The notes under the pieces: model-generated
What the model was told of the DNA's origin: nothing
Databases searched by the model: none
What the model saw: only the letters and a program-made list of their open reading frames with translations
Position numbers and translations under genes: made by a program
Part shown: one piece after another, positions 24,961-33,989 of the stretch
How positions within the stretch are numbered: position 1 is the first letter of the stretch
Layout: every line of letters begins with the position of its first letter
From: Candidatus Woesearchaeota archaeon
GTDB taxonomy: Archaea > Nanobdellota > Nanobdellia > CAYMVK01 > CAYYFB01
Length of the DNA stretch: 64,000 nt
NCBI GenBank assembly: GCA_964471255.1
Contig: CAYYFB010000003.1
Coordinates: 359-64,358, forward strand
Direction: 5' to 3'

Positions 24961-27238
24961 ATTTTACTAGCTCCTTATAATCAACTTTGTAGACTTTTAA
25001 GTCTGGGTTTCTTTCGTTTAGAAGACTTATTAAAGATAACTCTTTTTCCTTAACAATTTTACCATTTTCAAAGCTAAAAGCCCAATTGTCGTAAACTCTT
25101 TTAAACCAAGGAAGGTCTCTCGATAGAATATAGGTCTGAATGAATGTTGTATTTAGAATTCTTTTTGGAAAGGTTAGGAGAAAACCTGGATAGATTGTTA
25201 TGCATTCCCCAACCCCTTCTCTAAAAATACATCCAACCCCCGGTTCGCATATACATCCTATTTTAACCTGATGAAACATTCTTTTTTTCTCTGGAGTGAA
25301 GAGGATGGCGTAGTACCCATCAGTAGTGACGTTAACTCCTATTATCTTGGTGCCTCTAAAGAAGGTCAAATTACCTTCCGTGTAATCCTCCTCCAGCTCT
25401 CTTATTGCCCTTCCAACATAAAAAGAGTCTTGAGGGACGTATAGGCCAATCCATGTATCTACATACCCTATCCTTGCTATTTGGTAGAACACGAACGGCT
25501 CTCTTGAAGTTATCAGTATATAATCCGGATAGCCTAGCATCTCCATCGCTTTTAAAAACTCACTAGCATTTTTCGAACAAAAGAAAAATCTTGCGTTATA
25601 GAAGTTCCTAACGTAATATCTATTCCCTCCATCTACAGGGGTAAACCTGTCAGCATAGAAATGTGTCCAGTATCCATAATCCCACCAATGACTTACTATA
25701 TCATAAGGACTAGTAGAATTCTTAATCCAACGGTATGTTTCTAGCCAAACGTCACTAAAAGTTGGCACTATTCCTCTCGTTTGAGTTAAGTAGTCTCCCT
25801 TCAGAAGAGTTGCGATGACAAGCAACATTCCTATTAACACCAGCTTTTCGAAGTTTTTACCTATGTTCCTTGAATAATCTAAAATCTTTTTAGAAATATA
25901 GGACAAAAAGAGAGAAAGAGGAATTGAAAACACGAAAAAGACCCTCATTGCCGACCTTGCCCCTATTGCCGACAAAAAGAAAAAAGACAGTAAGAATACT
26001 TTCCAACATTCTACCTTTTCATTTTTTAAATAGTAATAAAATATAACGAATGAGATCACCACAAAAATCCAGTAGAATTTGCTTAGAATATTTTCTCCGA
26101 CGTAAGGTGAGTATCTTGAGAAAAGGAGAAGCAAGAACGATATAAAAAACATAGCCACGACTTTTTTATCTTTAACAATGTCAAGAAGAGCTATAGGTAA
26201 AAGCAAAATTACGATCAGAAATAGATAAGAAAGATGTCCTACCCATTCCTCAAAATATGGAGGTTGATTTTCTGCTACAGATAATGCAAACCTATTCCCT
26301 CCGTAGGGGGTTATAAAAACAACGTTTATTATTCTAGTTATTTCTTTTGAGAAGATAAGAATCCCTAGAAGCGCTACACAAATTAATACAATATCAAAAG
26401 TGTCAATATTAATTTTCCAAACTTTTCTTTTGATATCTATATTCATTTTTCTCAGAATTTCAATAAGAAATGAGGCAAAGATTGAGAACCAGAAAGCTAA
26501 TCCGTAATAGCTTTTGATAGAAAAAGAAAGAAGTTTATATTTATGAGTAAAAAGAAAAAAGGGTAAAAAACCAGCAGCCATCACCAAGAAAAACTTTCTA
26601 ACATCCTTCTCTCTTATAAGCAAAAAGGTTGTAAGAGAGTACGAAACAAGAAGGAATTGGAACCCTCCCCAAGCACTCATCATGAGCCCCAAAAAGACCC
26701 CGCTATAAAATGCCCAATAATTTTCTCTTTTTTCTAGATACCTTAAGAAGCAATAGACTGATAAAGAGAAGAAAAAATATGCCAAAGGTTCTTTATCAGA
26801 AAATCCTGCAGATAATCTAAAGAGAAAAGAAGGAAGAAGAGATAGAGACAGGCAAAGAACATAAGTTGCTTTTGAGCCAAAAATCCTCCTAAACCCGCAC
26901 GCCAGAATAAAGGATCCTAATAAAAACATTAAAGGTGGGTAAAAGACTGCTGCTAGATATAAGGAGCCCATCATTTTGCCTAGGAAATATAAAAAGAAGG
27001 ATATTATCCAGTTCTCTGCTTTAACATCATTACCAATAGGAAAATATTGATAATAATCTATTTCTGGAAGATATCCTTTTTTCTCTATAAAATTAGCCCA
27101 TTTGAAGAAAAGATAGGGATCTAAACCAATAAGCTTTCCTTCTAAATTCCTGGCAGGCAGAAGTCTGAGAAAAAATCCTATTAGCAGTATAAGGAAAAAA
27201 ATGGCATGGTGTCTTTGAAATATTCTTGACTTTATCAT
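24953..27238 (-). CDS. aglB: Archaeal oligosaccharyltransferase AglB (STT3 family)
   Basis: About 13 TM segments are followed by the catalytic HWWDYGYW (WWDYG) motif and a soluble C-terminal domain. Confidence 0.9.
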   Translation of the reverse strand: MIKSRIFQRHHAIFFLILLIGFFLRLLPARNLEGKLIGLDPYLFFKWANFIEKKGYLPEIDYYQYFPIGNDVKAENWIISFFLYFLGKMMGSLYLAAVFYPPLMFLLGSFILACGFRRIFGSKATYVLCLSLSLLPSFLFRLSAGFSDKEPLAYFFFSLSVYCFLRYLEKRENYWAFYSGVFLGLMMSAWGGFQFLLVSYSLTTFLLIREKDVRKFFLVMAAGFLPFFLFTHKYKLLSFSIKSYYGLAFWFSIFASFLIEILRKMNIDIKRKVWKINIDTFDIVLICVALLGILIFSKEITRIINVVFITPYGGNRFALSVAENQPPYFEEWVGHLSYLFLIVILLLPIALLDIVKDKKVVAMFFISFLLLLFSRYSPYVGENILSKFYWIFVVISFVIFYYYLKNEKVECWKVFLLSFFFLSAIGARSAMRVFFVFSIPLSLFLSYISKKILDYSRNIGKNFEKLVLIGMLLVIATLLKGDYLTQTRGIVPTFSDVWLETYRWIKNSTSPYDIVSHWWDYGYWTHFYADRFTPVDGGNRYYVRNFYNARFFFCSKNASEFLKAMEMLGYPDYILITSREPFVFYQIARIGYVDTWIGLYVPQDSFYVGRAIRELEEDYTEGNLTFFRGTKIIGVNVTTDGYYAILFTPEKKRMFHQVKIGCICEPGVGCIFREGVGECITIYPGFLLTFPKRILNTTFIQTYILSRDLPWFKRVYDNWAFSFENGKIVKEKELSLISLLNERNPDLKVYKVDYKELVKYV

Positions 27239-27268
27239 ATTTCATATCCTGCTGAAAATATATCTCTT

Positions 27269-27919
27269 ATGCGAAGTGTGTTTTACAGTTGGTTTTTTAT
27301 ACTAACAGCCTCCTTAATTCTTCTCATTGTATCCTACTGGAATTATGAGTACTTTCTCATCCAAAATTTGACAGAGAAACTAAAAAGTAAGAGATTTGTA
27401 GAAGATTACTATGCTGGCGTCTCTTTAAAAGTCAAAAGAAAGTTTCCTCTGACTTTTGAAGATAAATGCGTTCTCTATACACCCAGGAACTTTTCCCTCT
27501 ATGTAACAATCCTAAATAAGACAAATACCATATTAGGAGAAAACTTCTCGGTCAATTTCACTTCTGATTTCCGCCTTATTAACATTTCTATGTGTTCCCA
27601 GAATTACTCATTTCTTTTTAACAAGGATTATAGCATAATAAATTCTACAGCACCTGGAGATGTTCGCTTTATGTTTTTCTATAATGGAGTATTAAAAGGA
27701 GATTATAATATATCCCATGGTAATTTCACGTTAAATTTCTCTAACAATAAAGTAATCAATATTTCTTACAGATCTTGCCTCCTTTTAATAATGAACCTGC
27801 CCAATTATAGCTATAAGGTTTGCTTTAATCAGAGTGTTATGCAAACAAAGGAACTAAGATGGAAAATTAAAATAGAGAAGTGGAATGTAAATTATAGGGG
27901 GTTTATAAGATGGAGATAG
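27269..27919 (+). CDS. N-terminally anchored, extremely sequon-rich extracellular protein
   Basis: It has one N-terminal hydrophobic helix. I count 14 N-x-S/T sequons by hand in 216 aa. It is the first gene of the pilus operon and is divergent from aglB. Confidence 0.55.
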   Translation: MRSVFYSWFFILTASLILLIVSYWNYEYFLIQNLTEKLKSKRFVEDYYAGVSLKVKRKFPLTFEDKCVLYTPRNFSLYVTILNKTNTILGENFSVNFTSDFRLINISMCSQNYSFLFNKDYSIINSTAPGDVRFMFFYNGVLKGDYNISHGNFTLNFSNNKVINISYRSCLLLIMNLPNYSYKVCFNQSVMQTKELRWKIKIEKWNVNYRGFIRWR

Positions 27920-28152
27920 TAACCATCATTGACAAGATTTACGAAGACATTAAAAGAAAAAAGAAAATGAAGTTTAGTGAAATAAAGGAAAACTACAAAA
28001 TAGATCCATTTCTTCTTGAATCCCTATTAAAGGAATTAGAAAAGGATGGTCTAGTAAAAATTATATATCCAACTTCTCCCTTTTCTGATATCGTAGTCTA
28101 CGAGGCTGAGGCCTGGGAACATGAGAGAAGTATTAGAAGAGAAAGAACTTAA
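27910..28152 (+). CDS. Small helical (possibly winged-helix) protein
   Basis: 80-aa ORF overlapping both neighbours. LLESLLKELEKDGLVKIIYP resembles a wHTH recognition/wing region. Support is weak. Confidence 0.35.
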   Translation: MEIVTIIDKIYEDIKRKKKMKFSEIKENYKIDPFLLESLLKELEKDGLVKIIYPTSPFSDIVVYEAEAWEHERSIRRERT

Positions 28153-29617
28153 TGTCAGGGGAGTTCCAGTAAAAATTACAATTTTTAAAAGAAAAGGAGA
28201 TTTTATTCCGGCTTATTTTGTAGAGATACCCTCAATTAGGCGAGCTACAAAGTCAATATTAGAGAAAATAAAAAGGGAAATAACAGAAGAAATAGGATTT
28301 AGCCCTGAGGAAATGTCAGATATAAATCTTATCAGGAAACTGGAAGAAAGAATAAAGGACAAAATAAAAGAGAAGATTGAAAAGTACCTCCTTGTAAAGG
28401 ATGAGGCAGCGAAAAATATTCTCTGTGGATACCTATTGATGGAAACTTTAGGTTTAGGAGTTTTAGATGTTTTTTTAGAAGACGGAGAGTTAGAAGAGGT
28501 CGTAATAAACAATGCAATAGATCCTATTTATGTTTTCCATAGGAAATGGGGATGGCTAAAGACGAATATTAATATAGGAAGTGAGGAAAAACTATTTCAC
28601 CTCGCCCAAGAGATTGGAAGAAGAGCAGGAAGACAAATAGATCTTCTTCACCCTTTGCTTGATGCTCATTTACCTACAGGAGATAGGGTTAATGCAACTC
28701 TTTCTCCTATTTCTACTTTTGGGAACACTTTGACAATAAGAAAATTTAGGAGGATTCCTTTTACAATTGTTGATTTGATCAACAATGGGACAGTTAATAC
28801 TGAGATAGCTGCTTTTTCTTGGTTGTGTGTTCAATATGAAATGTCTACTCTAATTAGCGGAGGTACAGCCTCTGGTAAAACAACATATCTCAATTGTATC
28901 TCTTGTTTCTTTCCGCCTAACCATAGGATCGTTTCTATAGAACAAACTAGAGAAATCAACCTTCCCTCTTTCCTACACTGGGTCCCCCTTGTCACCAGAT
29001 CCGCAAATCCAGAGGGGCTAGGAGAAGTCACTATGTACGACCTTATGATAAATGCTCTGAGAATGCGACCTGACAGGATTATAGTAGGAGAGGTACGACG
29101 AAAGGAAGAAGCTGAGGTAATGTTTGAAGCAATGCGTACTGGGCACTCTGTTTATGGGACTCTTCATGCAAATACCGTAGATCATTTCATAAAAAGAATG
29201 ACCTCTCCTCCTATTTCTATGGAACCGCAAGTTTTGGAAGCTATTGATGCTGTATTCGTACTTTATCGAGACAGGAAGCGAGGAATAAGGAGGATGTTAG
29301 AAGTAGGAGAACTTATTCCTACAGAAAGAGGAATAACTTACAATTTGATATATAGATGGAGACCAGCTACAGATACATTTACCCCAATGGCAGAATCTAA
29401 AAGACTTTTCCCAGAATTAGAGCTCTTCACCGGAATGACCCCAAAAGAGATAGTGGATGATATAAAAGAAAAAATGCAGGTGTTGGACTGGATGAGAAAG
29501 TGGAATGTTAATACTGTAGATGATATTGGGAAAATAGTTGCTGTTTACTATACTGATAGGGAATATTTACTTGATTTGGTCTGGAAAGATAAAAATCCTT
29601 TTGAGGAAGTGCTATGA
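28121..29617 (+). CDS. Type IV pilus/Tad-like assembly ATPase (FlaI/TadA family)
   Basis: Walker A SGGTASGKTT, followed by IVSIEQTREI, IVGEVRRKEEAEVMFEAMRTGH and GTLHAN. Confidence 0.85.
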   Translation: MREVLEEKELNVRGVPVKITIFKRKGDFIPAYFVEIPSIRRATKSILEKIKREITEEIGFSPEEMSDINLIRKLEERIKDKIKEKIEKYLLVKDEAAKNILCGYLLMETLGLGVLDVFLEDGELEEVVINNAIDPIYVFHRKWGWLKTNINIGSEEKLFHLAQEIGRRAGRQIDLLHPLLDAHLPTGDRVNATLSPISTFGNTLTIRKFRRIPFTIVDLINNGTVNTEIAAFSWLCVQYEMSTLISGGTASGKTTYLNCISCFFPPNHRIVSIEQTREINLPSFLHWVPLVTRSANPEGLGEVTMYDLMINALRMRPDRIIVGEVRRKEEAEVMFEAMRTGHSVYGTLHANTVDHFIKRMTSPPISMEPQVLEAIDAVFVLYRDRKRGIRRMLEVGELIPTERGITYNLIYRWRPATDTFTPMAESKRLFPELELFTGMTPKEIVDDIKEKMQVLDWMRKWNVNTVDDIGKIVAVYYTDREYLLDLVWKDKNPFEEVL

Positions 29618-30516
29618 GAACAATAGAAGAAAAGGAAATACCCATAAGGATACCACTTACAGCCCAGCTTGTGAAAATCGCCCCTAGATACAGATGGTTC
29701 GGCTCAACCCTGCTCAGATTTGCATTTGGTGTCGATAAGTGGCTCATAAAGTCAAAATTTAAAATCACTCCGGAAGATTATGTATTTATTGGATTTGGGA
29801 CGTCTGTATTTCTGGGAATCGTTATTGGTGGATTTTTTCTAGCCCTTTCCTTTCTTCTCGGATTAGAAAAGAAAGAAATAATAATGTATGGGATTCCAGT
29901 AAGCTTTTTTCCTACTCTTCTAGCCTGGTTTAATTTTGTAACTTATCCAAAGAGACTGGTAATAAAAAGGGGGAAAGAAATGGAAAGAAGACTCATTTAT
30001 GGATTACGGGAATTGCTTTTAACCATGAAATCTGGAGCTACATTATTTGATGGTATTAAAGCCGTAGCAGAAGGGGACTTTGGGGGTCTATCGCTGGAAT
30101 TTCAAAGAATACTACGAGACGTAAAATCGGGCGTTCCTCTTGCTAGGGCTCTAGAGGAATCAGTAATGCGTGTTGAATCAAAGTTCTATAAATCAGCTAT
30201 TTGGACAATTCTTAATGCTTTAAGATCTGGAGTAGATGTTTCAGAAGCGTTAGCAAATGTTGTTGATAGCTTGGTTGAGGAACAAAAGATAGCTATTAAA
30301 GAGCACTCTCAGTTTCTTAATTCCATCATTCTAATATACATGATGATATCTGTTATTTTCCCAATTCTGCTTGTTACTTTTATGATGGTTATTGGCTCAC
30401 TTGGTGGTATTGAGTTAAGGGCTGAAACCTTTTATCTCATGTGGTTTGTGATTATTATCGCTAATGTTATGTTTATTAGTGTTATAAAGGCGAGGAGGCC
30501 CGCGGTGTTAGAATAA
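29614..30516 (+). CDS. Pilus platform membrane protein, T2SSF/TadB-like (first half of a split FlaJ/PilC-like platform)
   Basis: TM pair, cytoplasmic helical T2SSF-like domain (LRELLLTMKSGATLFDGIKAVAE) and C-terminal TMs. Its start overlaps the ATPase stop (ATGA). Confidence 0.7.
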   Translation: MRTIEEKEIPIRIPLTAQLVKIAPRYRWFGSTLLRFAFGVDKWLIKSKFKITPEDYVFIGFGTSVFLGIVIGGFFLALSFLLGLEKKEIIMYGIPVSFFPTLLAWFNFVTYPKRLVIKRGKEMERRLIYGLRELLLTMKSGATLFDGIKAVAEGDFGGLSLEFQRILRDVKSGVPLARALEESVMRVESKFYKSAIWTILNALRSGVDVSEALANVVDSLVEEQKIAIKEHSQFLNSIILIYMMISVIFPILLVTFMMVIGSLGGIELRAETFYLMWFVIIIANVMFISVIKARRPAVLE

Positions 30517-31511
30517 TGATAGAAATAATTATCCCATCAATGATTAGAAGGAGTTTTTACTCAGAAATAAAATACCTAGGAATTGAAGACTATGTTTCTT
30601 ATTTTCGTAACATTGTTAAAGTTCTTCTCTTGGTTTCTTTTCTCTCAACACTTCTTATCTTTTTTATTTATTTTAAACAAAAATTAAATATTCCAGGATT
30701 GATAATATCTTATATCCTGTTCTTTTTTTTCTATCTCTTCATAGCTTATCAAATAGTAAAAATAGGAGTAACAAAAAGAACGAAAGAGATTGAAGTAACC
30801 TTGCCTGATGCTTTGTTCCTTTTAGCATCAAACTTGAGAGCTGGAATGACAATAGATAGAGCATTATGGAGATCAGCAAGGAAAGAGTTCGGGATAGTTG
30901 GAGCAGAATTTGAAAGAGCAGCCCGTGAGTTATCGGCTGGTGTTCCATTACCTATTGTTTTCAGAAGAATAGGAGAAAGACATAGGTCTGATAACCTCAA
31001 GAGAGTTGTTAACCTTATCATACAAGGAGTCATTTCTGGAGCATCGCTCGCTCCTTTGCTTGAAAGGATAGCAATAGATTTAAGAACAGAACAAGCTGTA
31101 GAGAAAGAGGCATCAACCTCTCTTAAGACTTATATTTACTTTATAATAATGGCCTCTGCTGTAATTGGACCTATTCTTTTTGCTCTTTCAATTTCTCTCA
31201 TCGAGTTAATGACCGGCATGACAGCAAGGTTAGGAGAAGCAGAACTAGAAGAAGCAGCTAAGAGCCTTGGCTTAGAAATTCCCATTATAACAGGAGCAAA
31301 ATCAAGACTTACTCCAGAACAACTGCGAGATCATGCATTTATTACAGTTGCCATCATAAATATAGTATCTTCTTTTGTCTTAGCTGAAATAAAAGACAAG
31401 AAATACTCACTGGGGGTAAGATATATGCCCTTCCTTGTACTCTGCTCTTTAACCATCTTCTTTATAGTTCACAAATTTGCTTGGGCTTATTTTAGTAGGA
31501 TACTTAGGTAG
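30516..31511 (+). CDS. Pilus platform membrane protein, T2SSF/TadC-like (second half)
   Basis: Same architecture as the previous gene (LPDALFLLASNLRAGMTIDRAL). One-nucleotide start/stop overlap. Confidence 0.7.
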   Translation: MIEIIIPSMIRRSFYSEIKYLGIEDYVSYFRNIVKVLLLVSFLSTLLIFFIYFKQKLNIPGLIISYILFFFFYLFIAYQIVKIGVTKRTKEIEVTLPDALFLLASNLRAGMTIDRALWRSARKEFGIVGAEFERAARELSAGVPLPIVFRRIGERHRSDNLKRVVNLIIQGVISGASLAPLLERIAIDLRTEQAVEKEASTSLKTYIYFIIMASAVIGPILFALSISLIELMTGMTARLGEAELEEAAKSLGLEIPIITGAKSRLTPEQLRDHAFITVAIINIVSSFVLAEIKDKKYSLGVRYMPFLVLCSLTIFFIVHKFAWAYFSRILR

Positions 31512-31520
31512 TAAATTTCC

Positions 31521-31528
31521 TATTTAAA
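31521..31528 (+). promoter_or_regulatory. TATA-box-like element upstream of pilin 1 (leaderless geometry)
   Basis: TATTTAAA lies about 26-33 nt upstream of the ATG at 31554. Confidence 0.35.
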
Positions 31529-31551
31529 GGAACGGATTTAAATAAACATGG

Positions 31552-31610
31552 TTATGAAAAGAAGGGCCCAGGCAGCTTTAGAGTACTTGATGACCTATGG
31601 TTGGGCACTA
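31552..31610 (+). repeat. 59-nt block identical to 32105-32163 (pilin leader/N-terminal helix)
   Basis: ttATGAAAAGAAGGGCCCAGGCAGCTTTAGAGTACTTGATGACCTATGGTTGGGCACTA is identical in both pilin genes. The sequences diverge immediately afterwards. Confidence 0.9.
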
Positions 31611-32030
31611 CTCGTAATTCTGATAGTCTTTATTGCATTGTACTTAATGGGGGTCCTTAAACCCAAAATGAAAGAAAGAATAGTGCAACCGTTCGAAAAT
31701 TTCTATGTACAGGGATATATTCTCAATAAGTCAGGAAATGTATTCAAAATTGCGATAAAGAATATTGGCAAAGATCCAGTAGTGTTAAGAAGGATAAAAC
31801 TACAGGCTATCTGGATAGATCCCTCATTATTCTTAGAGGCAGAATATAATCTCCCAATAGGGATTGGCAATTCTACTGTAATAAATGTAACAGACCCCCG
31901 AGTAGGACAATGCGGTTTAGGGAAATATTACAAAACAATGGTTATGCTAGAATTCCAGAGGTATACAGAATGGGGATTAACAAATTATACGATGACGGAC
32001 ACAGCAGAAATCATAGCTCTTTGTAAGTAA
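31554..32030 (+). CDS. Archaeal type IV pilin-like protein with class III signal peptide (pilin 1)
   Basis: MKRRAQAALEYLMTYGWALLVILIV combines a basic leader, a Q-x-[AS]-x-E motif and a hydrophobic helix. There are 4 N-x-S/T sequons. The ORF-track start at 31548 adds MV; the ATG at 31554 matches the paralogue. Confidence 0.8.
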   Translation: MKRRAQAALEYLMTYGWALLVILIVFIALYLMGVLKPKMKERIVQPFENFYVQGYILNKSGNVFKIAIKNIGKDPVVLRRIKLQAIWIDPSLFLEAEYNLPIGIGNSTVINVTDPRVGQCGLGKYYKTMVMLEFQRYTEWGLTNYTMTDTAEIIALCK

Positions 32031-32050
32031 TTTTTTATTTTTCTCTTTTT
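32031..32050 (+). terminator. Oligo-T tract after pilin 1
   Basis: ttttttatttttctcttttt follows the stop codon immediately. Archaeal terminators are typically T-runs. Confidence 0.35.
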
Positions 32051-32075
32051 AGTAGTAACTCTGACTTATCTCCTC

Positions 32076-32087
32076 TTTTTTATTAAA
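32076..32087 (+). promoter_or_regulatory. TATA-box-like element upstream of pilin 2
   Basis: tttttattaaat is centred about 25 nt upstream of the ATG at 32107. Confidence 0.35.
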
Positions 32088-32104
32088 TTCTTATGATGTA
32101 ATTT

Positions 32105-32163
32105 TTATGAAAAGAAGGGCCCAGGCAGCTTTAGAGTACTTGATGACCTATGGTTGGGCACTA
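32105..32163 (+). repeat. Second copy of the 59-nt pilin leader block
   Basis: Identical to 31552-31610 by direct comparison. Confidence 0.9.
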
Positions 32164-32592
32164 TTAATAATTGCAATAGTAGCAATAGCTCTTTGGAAAT
32201 TAGGAGTGTTCTCCCCAGGAAGGAGAGAAAGAGTTATCAAAAACTTTTTATATTTGGACTTAGTAGGTTTTGGAATTCATGACCAGGGCAATCTCTCACT
32301 AGAAATAGTGAACACAAAGGTTAATCCAATGATTAATATTACAATGATCAAAGCAGAAGTTCCTTGGGCTCCTCCAGGAACTACCGCTAATATAACTCCA
32401 AATTATGTACTTGCTATTAATGAGAAATTTTCCACGGATATAAATTTAAGCGCTGTTGCAGGCTCTCCATGCAGGCCAGGAACATTTTATGATATTCCAC
32501 TAACTGTTGAATTTATAAGATTTATTCCAGGAGTAGGATGGACAACAACAAGCACTATAGATACAGCCACTATAACGGTAATTTGTAGGTAA
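32107..32592 (+). CDS. Archaeal type IV pilin-like protein with class III signal peptide (pilin 2)
   Basis: MKRRAQAALEYLMTYGWALLIIAIV. There are 4 sequons. It is a paralogue of pilin 1 with a diverged C-terminal globular part. Confidence 0.8.
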   Translation: MKRRAQAALEYLMTYGWALLIIAIVAIALWKLGVFSPGRRERVIKNFLYLDLVGFGIHDQGNLSLEIVNTKVNPMINITMIKAEVPWAPPGTTANITPNYVLAINEKFSTDINLSAVAGSPCRPGTFYDIPLTVEFIRFIPGVGWTTTSTIDTATITVICR

Positions 32593-32594
32593 AT

Positions 32595-32930
32595 TTATTC
32601 TTTTTTTATTCCTTTTATTCCTCCTTTAATAGCAAAAGCCTCTATTCCTAACTTCTTTAAATATTCACATAAAATTTTAGAAGTAATTCCTAAATAATCT
32701 ACAAACACGTATTTTTTCCCCTTATCAAATTTGAACTTGTAAAGAAGAATGTCGTCTACATCCACTCTCCTTGCAGATGGCAGGGGTTCCTTCTTAACAT
32801 CCTCTGCTTTTCGTAAATCTATCAGTATGCCCCCCTCTTCCTCTATTATTCTTCTCGCTTCATTCCAATCAATTTCAATAGGGTCTCTATTAGTAGCTAC
32901 TTCTGATTTCCTCTCTATAGTCATCGTCAT
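32595..32930 (-). CDS. Rhodanese-homology-domain protein, probably catalytically inactive
   Basis: GGILIDLRKAEDV ... VFVDYLGITSKILCEYLKKLGIEAFAIKGGIKG fits a rhodanese fold, but Asp replaces the active-site Cys. Confidence 0.5.
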   Translation of the reverse strand: MTMTIERKSEVATNRDPIEIDWNEARRIIEEEGGILIDLRKAEDVKKEPLPSARRVDVDDILLYKFKFDKGKKYVFVDYLGITSKILCEYLKKLGIEAFAIKGGIKGIKKE

Positions 32931-32974
32931 CCCCTATATAATCCTTATATGGCAAGGAAGTATAAAAATATTAG

Positions 32975-33283
32975 GTGAAAGAAGAAAAAGAGGAAATAAT
33001 AAGAATAAGACTCCCCGAAGGGGAAGAAATGTTTGGGATAGTTGAGCAAATGCTCGGCAACGCATGGATGTATGTGAGGTGTCAGGACGGCAAGGTAAGA
33101 TTGGGAAAGATACCAGGAAAGTACATAAAAAGCAGATTATGGGTTAGAGTAGGGGATATAGTTATTGTTAAACCTTGGCAAGTTATGAAAGATCGCGTTT
33201 TTATAGTTCATAAGTATACTAAGACAGAGACTGAATGGTTGTTTGAGAGGGGGTACCTTAAATGGCTAGAAGAACATGAATGA
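32975..33283 (+). CDS. eif1a: Translation initiation factor aIF-1A (GTG start)
   Basis: RIRLPEGEEMFGIVEQMLGNAWMYVRCQDGKVRLGKIPGK...VGDIVIVKPW is the S1-like OB fold of eIF1A. Confidence 0.9.
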   Translation: MKEEKEEIIRIRLPEGEEMFGIVEQMLGNAWMYVRCQDGKVRLGKIPGKYIKSRLWVRVGDIVIVKPWQVMKDRVFIVHKYTKTETEWLFERGYLKWLEEHE

Positions 33284-33989
33284 AGAGCTTAAAAAACTAT
33301 ATCTAAAGGTTCTTGATTATTACACCTTACAAACCCTCAACAAGCTTTCCAGTTCTGGTTATTTTGATGAGCTTCTCTTTCCAATCTCAGAGGGAAAAGA
33401 AGCTGTTGTGTTCCTTGCTAGCTCTAGAGATAGGAGGTACGTTGCTATAAAGGTGTACAGGGTAAATATGGCAACATTTAAACATATAAGAAAATATATT
33501 GAAGGAGATCCCCGCTTTAGAACAGGAAAAAGAAGAACGACGGTTATTTTTCAGTGGGTTAGAAAAGAATTTAGAAATCTTGTAAAAGCATGGAAAGTAG
33601 GAGTAAGGGTACCGGAACCTATAACCTTTAGTAAAAATGTTTTAATTATGGAATTCATAGGAGAAAATGGTACACCTGCTCCTACTGCAAAAGATAAACC
33701 TCCTAGAAATCCTTATACGTGGTTTAACACAATTACTAATTGGATTAGGATTCTTTATAAGGAGGCAAAACTGGTTCATGCAGATTTGAACGAGTATAAT
33801 ATCCTAAATATGAAAGAAAAGCCTGTTATTATAGATTGGGGGCAGGCTGTGACACTAGATCACGAAAGAGCTTTGGAACTCCTTTACAGGGACATAGAGA
33901 GAATATTTTCCTTTTTCCAGAAACTAGGAGTAAATACAGGGGATCCTCTTAACCTATACTCTGAAATGATCCATGATGAGATTCTATAG
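33276..33989 (+). CDS. rio1: RIO-type serine/threonine protein kinase
   Basis: GKEAVVF...AIKVYR (ATP Lys), HADLNEYNIL (catalytic loop) and IIDWGQAV (metal-binding). The conserved aIF1A-RIO-KH gene order supports the call. Confidence 0.85.
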   Translation: MNEELKKLYLKVLDYYTLQTLNKLSSSGYFDELLFPISEGKEAVVFLASSRDRRYVAIKVYRVNMATFKHIRKYIEGDPRFRTGKRRTTVIFQWVRKEFRNLVKAWKVGVRVPEPITFSKNVLIMEFIGENGTPAPTAKDKPPRNPYTWFNTITNWIRILYKEAKLVHADLNEYNILNMKEKPVIIDWGQAVTLDHERALELLYRDIERIFSFFQKLGVNTGDPLNLYSEMIHDEIL

